Assembly (NCBI GenBank): GCA_965112155.1
Contig: OZ218113.1
DNA from: Podarcis liolepis
Lineage: Eukaryota
Strand: one strand, 5' to 3'
Length of the DNA stretch: 64,000 nucleotides
The notes beneath the pieces are model-generated. The model searched no databases. It saw only the letters and a program-made list of their open reading frames with translations, and was not told the origin of the DNA. Position 1 is the first letter of the stretch. Every line of letters begins with the position of its first letter. The position numbers and the translations under genes were made by a program. Of this stretch, positions 11,801 through 24,300 are shown one piece after another.

Positions 11801-12931
11801 CCATCGCATCCAAAACCTTTAAGACGACTACATCACTTGGGAGGACCAATCCAGAGCCAAGCACAAGCCCAACAGCCTACCTTCCAAATATCCACCCACT
11901 CTCTCTATTCACCCCCCCCGATTCATTTGGTTAAAGGTAAAGGTAAAGGGACTCCTGACCATTAGGTCCAGTCAGACGACTCTGGGGTTGCGGCACTCAT
12001 CTCGCTTTACTGGACAAGGGAGCCGGCGTACAGATTCCAGGTCATGTGGCCAGCATGACTAAGCTGCTTCTAGTGAAGCCAGAGTGGTGCACGGAAATGC
12101 GGTTTACCTTCCCGCCGGACTGGTACCTATTTATCTACTTGCACTGGGTGCTTTCGAATTGCTAGGTGGGCAGGAGCAGGGGCCTATCAATGGGAGCTCA
12201 CCCCGTCATGGGGATTTGAACCGCCGACCACCCGCTTCCTGTCGACTCACTAGGTTACTTACTGGCAATTTTGCTCTCTCTCATCCAGGCTGCACAGGAA
12301 AGAACGGGACACATGTGGCTGGCTGGCTACTAACCACCTTTTCACAGTTGCTCATTCCCCTTTGAATAGACCTCACAATGACAGATCTCACGTTGGTGAG
12401 CAGAACACAGCAGGGATTTGGATCAAGGACTGCCAGCTGGTGATCCATCCCACTGCATGCCACATCATGATCGACCCTGTTTTCATGCTTTATGTTATGC
12501 ATGCATTTTTTAAAATTCTGGAGCAGCCCCAAGCATCCATAAACACCTGCACTCATAAACACATGACACAAAGAACTTCCCCTTAAAACCACCAACAGGT
12601 TAAAAAATGATGCAACAGGGGTGCCTCTTTTGAGGGAGGACTCTTGACCACTCAAAAGAAAATGCAGAAACTAGTGGACTGGACTGTCAAGACCTTTCAA
12701 CAGGCCTAAATGGTGCATAGGCATTTCAATGAACTTGGACAGGACATGGAATAAATTAGTCTCTGCTGCAGCAGTGCTTTGGCGTCTTCTGCTAATAACT
12801 ATAAAGAAGTCCTGATACAACATCAACAAGTCTTTATACAATGTTTATACAAGGCAGTGTCCCTCCTCAACCAAATAAAGCATGTATGGCTTTGCCATTT
12901 TTACTGGCACTAAAACACAAACACACACAAA

Positions 12932-12974
<43 letters not shown>

Positions 12975-15900
12975 TCCAAAGCATGAGCAGCTTAGCAAAT
13001 TAGCCATTCATCCAGCTGCCTGTAATGAATCAGAATCACCTCCAGGGGGACTAAGTGAGAAAGAATTTGTGTATCAGGAAAGGCTGGTTCCCTACACCCC
13101 TAGCCTCTGGCTATCAATGTGCCATATATATCTGTGGGGAAGAGGGCATATGTATCCAGGTAGCCTTTTTTGTGTGGAGTCACTTCCAAGGATCCATTTT
13201 CCTTGCACAGAACCACGGGCACAATCATGGCAAAGGTCGCTTAACTTACCACTTCATCCCCATAATCCCCGTTGAAACGTAGCGAGCTGTTCAGGTACTG
13301 GCTCTCTAGACGGCTCCTCAGCTCCTGCACCTGCTTTTTTAAAGTCTCCACTTCCTGCTGGTGCCCACTTTCAATCTGGCGGAGGCGCTGCTGAATGACA
13401 TCGGCATAGATTGGCATCCCATCGTCATCCAGGTGACTCCGGGCAGGCTGGTCCGGGCTGTTTGCTGTCTGCTGCCGGCCTGGAATAGCATGAACCCACT
13501 TGTGGTGCAAATTCCTCAGATGCAGCGGGGCAGAACTACAACTAGCTGCCGAGACCTGTCGGCTGAGGGAAGCCTTTACCCTGCCTTCCTCCCCGTTCAC
13601 ACAGTGCCCGTTTGGTGCAGGGTATTTCTGGGTAACACTGAACCCTGCCGGGCTCTCTGCCACCTTGTTCTCAGGCTCCAGCTCTCCATTGCACACAATC
13701 TCTTTATAGTCAGCTAAAGGCAAGGCACAAGGTGAAGGCATTGGGTCATGTAAGCTGCTGCTCTTAGTAGTCCTGTTTAGGTTCGCTGCCAGTTTGTGTA
13801 GCTCTATCGAGTCCTCGTTCTCAGGCTGACTTTCGACAGTGCGGGAAAGTTCGCCAGCACTGTTGTCCATGGGATGGAGCCAATGGCAAGAGACATTCTG
13901 GATCAGCTCCGTCTTTGCCCCATTCTCTGTTAAAGTTTCCGTAGAGCTCTCCATGTTTGATGTTCCCATCTCATGCAGTACAGGAAATGGTAGGCTGGGC
14001 TGGGGAGTGCCCTGAGGGATTTTGACCTCTACAGGTAGCCTACTAACAGTGTCCTCCTCTGCTCTTTGAATGTTACTATTTACAGCATTGCCCAAAAAGC
14101 CAGGCCGTAGTTCCTTCACCTGAGATGGTTTCTGGACATCGTAATGGAGCTCATCTTGCCCCTGAAGCTCAAAAGCACCCTGTAAATCCATCTGTGGGCT
14201 GGAAACTGGATTGTCTAATAAAGTTGCTGTATCCAGTTCGGTCTTCCCACCCATGTTATCAGTAGAGCTGTCCAGGTTCTCAGTCCTGCTTTCCTTATCA
14301 AGAGCAGTGTCCTCTCCCCCTTCTTTACTTGCCATTTCTGGAACACCCCTCACACACTCCTCCAAGCTCACTTCCTCCTTGGTAGCCTCTTGCAAAATGT
14401 TCTCCATCTGCCCTTCTGCTACAGCCACTGAAAGTTCTGCTCCAACCAGAGTCCTGCCTTGTTTGCCCACACATTCTCCGTCAAAGGGGTCGTCCTCCGG
14501 GTTCCCAAGGCTACTCAGCTCCAGGGACCGGCGGTGCTCCTGCCACTTCTCGTTGAGGCTGGGGTCGCTACTACGCCGGTTGGTTGTCGGTACGCTGCTG
14601 TCACCAGCCATTGTCAGATTGTCAAATGACCTTGTCTTTGGCAGCCTTGAGAGGAAAGAAAGAAAAATGCTGAGAATTGTTTCTAATTACAGGTTAGAAA
14701 TCAGCTGTTAACGGCCAATCACGCCTGCAGATAATCATCTTTCGCATGATGCTATACTCTCTCAACAACTCCTGAAAACTGCCATTTGTTAATCACGTGG
14801 ACAGCAATAGAGGCAACTCCCTCACTTGTCAAACATCTACTTACATTACATCATCTGAACTCTGAGCTCACCTGCCCAGAGGCTGATCTTCAGGGCTGGA
14901 ACCTGGGACTGGGTAAGGGGCACAGGTGTCATCCACAGGGGTCGAAGGGGAAGAACATGGCAAGTAAACGGCACTCCACAGCATGAGGTTTCGCACGTGG
15001 CACACAGGATACAGCACCTGAGAGAGAGAGAGGACGAACAGACTACTAAGAAGGCTGTAATCCTTTTATTAAGGTTTGAGATTGACTGACCTTGCATTTT
15101 AATTTGCAGTCGCAGGTTAATCTTGAATATATTCAAGAGCAGCCATTTGAATCTTGCCCCTTCTGGACACATTGGAATGGCCTCTGTTTGCCCACCCCAT
15201 CAATTGATACAGCCCCTCCCGCCAGCTCATTGCTCATACTCTCAACCACCACATTTCAAAAGAGGGTGAATCATTGCAATGACTGGGAAAGCAAGCAAAC
15301 GCCCAAAACCAAGAATGTTATATTAAAATGGCAACTTATTTTAAAACAACCAGATGAGCAGTGTAGTGCATCCACCAATTGTATTATTATATATACTGCA
15401 CTTATGCCGTTCTGTGTCTCAGAAGAGCTCAGAGTGATTTACATGCATTTTCCCAGGTGATTTAACTATCTTATTTTCAGCCATACTTTTAGAATACTGT
15501 AATAATAATGTGCCCTTCAGCACACATTCTCTCTCAAGCAATGTACCCCCAATAACACAAAACCTACCCCGTTCCGTACAGTTGGGTGACATTTGCTGTG
15601 GCTGCATGTAATGCCAGACCTCTACCAGCGTTACAAGGATGTGTGGGAGTGTGCACACGAAGCCTTAAGAGTTTTTTGACATTATTAACAGCTGCAAAAT
15701 TGGTTAACTGAAGATCACTGAATGTTTGTAGTCAAAAGAGTGGGTTTCAAGAAGCACATTTGGGGTCTATAGGGAAATTATGGTACATTATATGCCTAAC
15801 AGTCCTTTTGCTCTGAATCTAAAATAGCTGAATAGTAGTACAGTATGTCCATATGTTGGCTAATTGCTGCTTTCAAGTCACACTTCCCAGGTGTTTCCCA

Positions 15901-18352
15901 TGAAGACAGAATATGGGGACAAACACTCAAACTGCAACATGGACCTACAGACCAACTGTCTCAGAGCACTACTGTGCTCTTGGCCAGCTCCTACTCATCT
16001 CAAGGGGGTTTGCAGAAAGGAGCATCCTGCTGGACTGTGTCCTACATCTTTTGACTATTCTCAGAGTGCTGTAGCTCTGAGAGTCTTTTTGGCTTCATGA
16101 AACTTTGTTCAGTGCAAGAACATATTGCCCAAGTTGGGTCACCTAATGCAGTGTTTTGCATTGTCTTGGAAGACCAGGTTCCTTTACCCTCTTTTAGATA
16201 CAAACTCTTGCTTCAATAAGGTAGGCTGAAGTGCCTTGCCTTGAAGTAGAATTTGCCTACCTCCACTAAGTTGCAATCATATATATAGCTGCATCATACT
16301 TCACCTCATCTTGATTTACCTGACAGGAGTGTTGTGGGAATGGGAAAGGGGAAAAGAACTATGTGCACCAGACTGGTTACATTTTTATAGGAGCGCAAAT
16401 AAAAAGTACATACAGATTCTGATTGGGAGGAGTAAAGCAGATTTTTGAAGGCTTTGTTTCCTGCTCGCAGCAGAGACCAAACTGAACAGGTCCTCTCTTG
16501 GGTGTGCTTTTCACCTCTCTCCTTCGCGTTGTTGCACAGGAATGTACCAAAGAGGCAGGAGTATGTGTGCTGCACCAACTTGACCTATATAGAAAGGATG
16601 CAGCTATATTACTGTTGGCACACAAGCCTGAAAAGTAGGATCTCTTGATTTCTCTTTCACACACACAACCAAAACACAGATACGCAGGTCTGAAATATGT
16701 GAGTTTAATGTGAACTCCAAATTTGATTTTCTAATTCAGAGTTTAAATAACGCTATGGAACATACCTAACTATCCTCTGAGTTAGCATTTCTGCAGACTC
16801 CAACGAGAGATTTTTACTTTTTACTTTTTTTGGCTTGGTAGTTTCCTTTTCATATCTGAATACTGAACTACGAAAAGGTTCAAAATATTAGAAGCAGTGT
16901 GTAAAAGTATTCAACTCACAAGGAATGCTTCATTAAACTCGAAAGAGCAGGGGAACTGCCTCTGGAGCTGATGGACACAGTCGAGCCACTGCAGGAAAAC
17001 TGGGCATCGTTCATTCAGGTCATCCGAATTCTCACCGTGACCACAGCGATCGGCAAACTTATGGCCAAAATCCAGCCACTCCATCTCCACAAGCACCTGG
17101 AAACCCTGAGGGAAGCATCACTGAATTAAATTCGCACAAGGCTCAAGTCCACAAAGCCAAACTAAGATATGCTGGCATGAGGTGGAAAACCCAAAATGCT
17201 TTCCCTCCTAGCAATTACCCAGCAAGGGGTCAAATTCACTATGAAAGTCTCATGGGCAAGTCCCACTGAAATGAAGAAAAGCTGCTCTCATTTGCATCAA
17301 TGAGGCTTGCGGAAAAGAGCTTACACACAAGTGGCACCCCAAGGGCCAGATCCATGTTTATATCTCTGCCATCCTTAATAACACTTCAAAATGATCCTTA
17401 CTTCAGACTACCTATTTCATTCTCGGACACAAACTCACATTTCTCTTACGCACCCCACACCCCCAAAAAACCCTTCCAGCATTAAATCCATTTTATTTCA
17501 TGCCAAGTCTATTCTTCAGCAGTTTGGAGGAAAACACATGCATCAGGCGTGGGGGACGACTGGCTCTCCAGATGTTGCTCAATTACAATTCACATTAGCC
17601 CTAGCAAGCACAGCCAATGGCCAGGAACAATGGGGATAGCAGCTGAGCAACATCTGGAGGGCCACAGATGCTCTTCTTTAGAAGAGCCACCACCATAAAC
17701 CTTTCTAAACACGATTTAGAGGTCCCCCAACTGTCCTATTTCCCATGCCACGAACCTCGATGGTCCTGTAATATGGATCCAGCAGCAGCTTAGCCAGAGC
17801 CACTATCTGCGGGGTTCTGTCCCAGCCATCTGAGCAGTGCACCAAGACGGGCCGCTGATCTCTGTCCACTGCATGAACTACCAGAAGTGCCGATTTCAGA
17901 AGGACAGACAAATGTTGCAGCCATTTGGTGCTTTCCAGAGCTGACAGCCAGCTGCAGATCAACAAGGGAGAATAGTTTTGACCTCTCTGTTCTGTTAAAG
18001 TGAAGTTTGTAGGTTGAGCAAATTTCAGTAACAAGTGGAGGGTATACTTTTTTTCTTCTGCATCAAAAAGTACAAATCACTTAAGTTAGTGGGTATCCAA
18101 GCCTCTATTTCCAGAAAACTTGGGGTGTCTCAGAAGCATATCCAAGGTTCCCAAAGAGAACAGTAATAACAGGTAGGTTCCCCCTAAAGGTAAGCTTGCA
18201 CACATGCCAACAATGCAGGAGTGTGTGTTGGCAGTATTTTGGGGAACCCTCCTATTTTGTGTGGGAAAATAGCCAAGGTCAATAGGTCTGGAGGTAGGTG
18301 GATTAAAAAAAACTAGGTTTTTTAAATTAAAAAAGCCAATATTAATTATATA

Positions 18353-18385
<33 letters not shown>

Positions 18386-21300
18386 ACACACACAAACATA
18401 TACAAATAATTACAAATGTTAATTTTCTCTTATCTAATAACTAATCCAGCATTCACTAACCTAGTGCCTTCTAAATGGCCATTATGGCTGGGAATAATGG
18501 GGGCTGCAATCCAAAAATATCTGGAGGGCACAAGGTTGGTGGAAGGCATGCAAATGACTGCCTTTATTTACAATGACAAAAAGAAGACTGAGGATTAGAT
18601 TGTTTAAAAAGCAATACCAATAAACCTATTAGTACAGTGTGCGTGCTGGGAAGGGGAGATGTGCAAGGGGACAACAGTGGGGGGGGGCAGAGAGAAGGGG
18701 CACATGTCACTCACTTTCCTGGGTCCGGCATTTGTGTGCAGAGCAAACGCAGCGACTGAAAGCTCTTCCGAATAGAATGGATGTTTGCCATTCCCATAAA
18801 CACTACTTCACAGTTTGGATAATACTCTGTTAAAAGCAGAAGATAAGGCACTTCAAACAAGGCAGAAGCGAAATGAATGAAGGAGCTTTACTGTAAAAAT
18901 GAGCCAGCAGCAGCTGGGGCCTGTGCTAAGCGCTATTATCCCATCAGCCTCCTCTAGCCTTTGAGGTTCTCTCAGGCACACCAAACATCATGACAAAGGA
19001 CGACTGTTATGACAGAATAGAGGGAGTTATTCTAACACAGTCTAAAGAAAACACATGAACTTACTGATCTACTGGACTGCTTGCTGGGAACAATGGTCTT
19101 TATCTATAGAAGTGGTTTGAAACTGATTGTTATCACCAGTGAACAGAAGTCAGACAGCCCCCTTAGTTAGCAAGACGGACATGGCAGTGGAGGACTTGAA
19201 AAATAAGAGTTGTGTAGTGTCAGCATGCTCAGGACCTGTCTCGATATTATCTCTCACCCTCTGCCCTCTCTGGTGGCAATTTAGCATGACAACAGTGGCA
19301 CATTCTTCAGCCACTATACTCCTGAACCACTGCCAGGAAGCAACACCTGTAACTGTAGACATACAAGTTCAATTGTTTCCATGGGCTACTTTGTATGTAG
19401 GAATTTCAAGTATACGGATCCCAATACAGTGGTACCTCGGGTTAAGAACTTAATTTGTGCTGGAGGTACATTCTTAACCTGAAACAGTTCTTAACCTGAG
19501 GTACCATTATAGCTAATGTGGCCTCCCGCTGCTGCTGCCGCCGAGCTGCCACCATTTCTGTTCTCATCCTGAAGCAAATTTCTTAACCCAAGGTATTATT
19601 TCTGGGTTAGCGGAGTCTGTAACCTGAAGCGTCTGTAACCTGAAGCGTCTGTAACCCGAGGTACCACTGTACTTGTTTGGGATGGGTGACGTAGTTGCAC
19701 AGAACTTTAAAAGTTTTTTGGTACGATTAGAATGAAGCCTGGAGGGTGGAAGTATGGGTTCATGCTGGACTTCTGTAGCATCTTGCAATTTTTAAACAAA
19801 TTACAATCATTAGGTCTTCATAAATAAGGTGCACCTGGCTGGTGCACCATGCAGTTTTTCACCATGTATTGGTTTGGGTGGATCAGCGAACTTATAAATG
19901 ATGTCAAGCGCATGCCGTAATATTATAAACTTTTAAGCTGACATCTATTGCAGATTTTGAATCATACAGAGAATCAGGGTGTCACTTGGAACGTAAGTGT
20001 TTGGCCTTGTTATCAGACCCCTGGATCCAGAGATCTCATTACTGTCTGCACCACACCGGTAGTGGCTCTCCAGAAATTTAATCAACGTCTCTCTCAATTT
20101 TTCCCTTCCTTCCTCCTTTACACATCAGGAGAAGGAATTTAAAAACTTCTTGTTTGCAATCTGCAACAACCTGGAGTTTCACCAATTTGGGTGAAACTAA
20201 AAACTGCTCTTTGTTACAAATTACAAACAGGGAAAGGGGTAGACACATGAGCCCAAAGCTACCTGCAACTTCTGCATTCTGTGGCGAAATTCAGATGCAA
20301 CACTAAACACCATGGTTTAGTGAATTTGGCCATGCAGTGCAATTCCTTCACTTCCTTAAAACAAAACAAGGTGGGTTTTAAAAAAAACAAAACCCAAAAA
20401 CCATACTTTTGATTAAAATATGGTAAGGACTCCATGATCAAATACTGTAGTTTAGCTTTAGAGACTGGATCTAAATTGCAGGACAAAAGGTGGCATCTTT
20501 CTCTTCTTAAGGAACAACCCCTTTGGATTTGAACATTTTTAGCACACACCCACCCATTTCCAACCTCCTTGAATTAATGGTAGCTACTCTGGTAACCAAA
20601 ATTTGATCTGGTTTAGACAAGGTCTCCACTCCCACTCCTTCTCTGCATGTGTAAACACCTTTGCACAATGCTCAGAGCACAGCACAGCTACTCACCTGGG
20701 CATTCACAGCCTCCCCCTTTGGCCCTGTTTGCCACTGCAGCTGCATATGAGCGTGCATCCAAGATCAAAAGTTTCTGAGGCTGAATGGCTAGACTTTCTG
20801 CTCCTGAAGCGTTGGAGATGGAGGAATCTGAAGAAGAAAAGGAGAGAACAGCTTATTCAGCAGCAGTTATCGAAAAAGTGCACACTTGACACATGGATTA
20901 CATGGCATCTTACATATAGAAGAGATCAAGAAAGAGAGAGAGAAGCAGAGGAGCTGCTTTTGACAGTGGAACATACTCCTCATGTCTAATTCTGGCACCA
21001 GCAGTAGCTGATTCAACCTGGTTACAGAAGAGGGAGAAGTGAGGCCACAAGGCCTACCCCACCGGGCTGCCTAGAACCAACTGCCATTTTGCTCCTCCTT
21101 CAAATTGTCTCCTGCAGTTATCATTCCACCCTGTCCTTATGTACACAGGAGGCCACTTTTTGCTGAATCTATGTAGCTCAGTATTATCTGCACTAACAGC
21201 AGCTCTTCAGGGTTTCAGGCAGAGAACTTTCCCAACCCTACCTGAAGATGCTGGAGATTCAACCTGGGACCTGTCTCGCCAGAGTGGTGCATGCTCTAGT

Positions 21301-24300
21301 TATCTCTCACTTGGACTACTGCAATGAGCTCTATGTGGGGCTACCTTGGAAGGTGGCCCGGAAACTACAACTAATCCAGAATGCGGCAGCTAGACTGGTA
21401 ACTGGGAGCAGCTGCCGAGACCACATAACACCGGTCTTGAAAGACCTACATTGGCTCCCAGTATGTTTCTGAGCACAATTCAAAGTGTTGGTGCTGACCT
21501 TTAAAGCCCTAAACGGGTTCGGTCCAGTATACCTGAAGGAGCGTCTCCACCCCCATCATTCTGCCCGGACACTGAGGTCCAGTGCCGAGGGTCTTGTGGC
21601 AGTTCTCTGGCTGCGAGAAGCCTAGTTACAGGGAACCAGGCAGAGGGCCTTCTTGGTAGTGGCACCTGCCATGTGGAACGCCCTCCCACCAGATGTCAAA
21701 GAGAAAAACAACTACCAGACTTTTAGAAGACATCTGAAGGCAGCCCTGTTTAGGGAAGCATTTAATGTTTAATAGACTATTGTATTTTAATATTCTGTTG
21801 GAAGCCGCCCAGAGTGGCTAGGAAAACCCAGCCAGATGGGCGGGGTATAAATAATAAATTATTATTATTATTATTATTATTCTGAAAATCAGATGCTCTA
21901 CCCCTAAGTTATGACCCATCAATGACATAAGTGGCACCCTGGCTATCCTTCCCCCCCACCCCCTCCAAGGCAGAGCAGGCATCCAGGTGTCCTACACACA
22001 AGAGTTGCAGGCAAAAGGCTGAAATCCCTATCAGGGGGGAAACTGCCATTTGAACTCTATGGAGACTCCGAAATGCAATATTTGAGAAACAAAGAGATAA
22101 CCAAACTTACCAAATTCTACATCAGAGAGGTCTCCTCCATTGGAGAAATCTCTTGAACAGTTTCCATTCACTAGTTTACTGCTATTAGACTTGGAATCTG
22201 AGGCACAAGCTTTGGCCACTGACTGGACAAGATGTTCGTCGTCAGCATTTCTCCAGCCCCACCAGCTGACCTCTGGCTGCCCACAACGGGAAATGACCGC
22301 CCCATTGCCCTGATGCCTGTAGGAAACAGAAATGAAACAGCTAACAGTAGCCATCACAATAGGGCCCTAAGTGCAGGTAATGCTAGAGCAAATGCACAGT
22401 GACATAGGAATTGCCACCTTACTGTAGAATTCCAAAAGTAGTTTTGACTTTCTAAAGCAGAAATGCTTTCTATGAAATACTGTTTCATAGGGCATTCTAA
22501 TGTATGCCCTCTGGAAACAGTATTTCATACTGAATTTCATTTGAATCAACGTTTGTAATCAAAACGCAGTAAAAAAAATGAAGTTAGGATTTAAAGAGAT
22601 TTGTGTCAGAATGCTTAAGAAACAAGTTTCAAAGTAACTGAACCAATAGATCTATCACCACTTATACCAGGGTCAGAATTTCAACCAGTTTTTTGTTGAC
22701 GCATATAAAATGTCTATAATGCAGAGATGTCTAGAACTGGGAGGCTGCCTGTTTAATCCTAAAGAGAGATCACTGACAAACTGCCAAAGTTAATGATGAT
22801 CAGCAGCTTCAGTACTTTAGATGTGCCTTTTGTTCAGAAACAGGCAGTCCGTGAAGCCCATCTATAGTTTTTACATAACCTGTGCCGTGTTCCAAAACAA
22901 CCCATGTAGCCAACTATTATTATTACATTTCTAGACTGCTCGTCAAACAAAGTCCCCTGGGCATTTTCCAAATAAATCAAATAAAATCCAGTCAATAAAG
23001 CATTTCTCAAAACAAATGACATAAAAACTCAGAATTCAGTGCAAAATCAGGACCAAAAAAACACAACTGAAAACAGACCAGCAAGATAATTATTATAAAA
23101 ACCGGCCTCAAAATCATTAAAAGGAAAGCAATGTGCCCAGGTTTAAATACACCAACACATAAGAGTAAAATTAAAAGGTAGAATATTTTGCACCTGATGC
23201 CAAAAAGGTCATAATCAGAGAAACAGAAGGGCTTCCCTGGGGAGATCATTTCACAACTGTTGGACTACAGAGACAACCACCATTTATCCAATCATTCCTA
23301 CACATCTTGAAGGGCTTGTGGGCTTTGCAGCAGGGCCAGCTGGAGTGACTCAAGGAACAAGTCCCAGCCAGCTTAGCTTACAGCTGAGCATCTGGGGTCA
23401 ATGCTCCACAGCCCAAAGAAAGGCAAGTGAAAGATCAATGGTGCCAGTTTTGTAGTTCAGCATAGTTGCCAAGCTGCTGATTAAGCATCTGGCAAGGTGA
23501 TAAAAAGCACACACCACTTTACATTCAATTTAATAGGTGCTTCAATGCAGGCCTCACCTATAAACCACAGCAGGGATGCGTTTCCAAGATCGGAATCCTG
23601 CCACACTTTCCAGCTCTTTGTCTGTGATCCAAACAGGAACTATGAGTTCTTGAGGGTAGCTGCTACAGAGCCTGTGTGGAAAAAGGAGGACATTTTTTTA
23701 AAGCCATGCATGTATAGTCACAGCATTGGTTTCCTTCCATGACAAGCTGTTAGCACCCTTCCAACATAGAAGCTCAAGGTGCAAAGTATTCTTTCCTTGT
23801 CTTCCCTTATTCCACAGTCCTTTGTGAGCACTACTTTCTCAAGAACAGAGCAATCTTATAATTTAGCACTCGCCTAGGGAGAGCAACTATGGTTTCCAAG
23901 TTGCCAGACACAGCCTTATATTACATGACCCAACCTTGCTGCTTGTTTATTCTCGGATGCTCCTGGGTCTTTAAAGGCCAGGAAGCAACTGGACAGGAGA
24001 CCCAAAGTGTTTAGGTAGCTTGCACTATTCGTTTTAGCAGCCCTCTGAGGCTAGATGACAGATAGCAGTGTCTGCATACACCACTGCAGGCCTGTTTCAT
24101 GGATGTTGAGAAACAGAACTAGAAAATGGCAGCTACATGGGGTGCTCTATCACTTTGCTTTTCTGAGCTTTAAGGCTACTAAGAAACCCCACCCGCTCAG
24201 TTCCAAACCATCAGCAGTACCAAGATCTACAAGTGCATCCAACCGCAGCAAGGGCTATGATATGCTCTGCTCCAAAATGCCTACTTCAATAAAGGTTAGG

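Noticed and set aside
13361-14711. Plus-strand ORFs of 118 and 166 aa
   Set aside because: Antisense shadows of the large MTMR3 exon.
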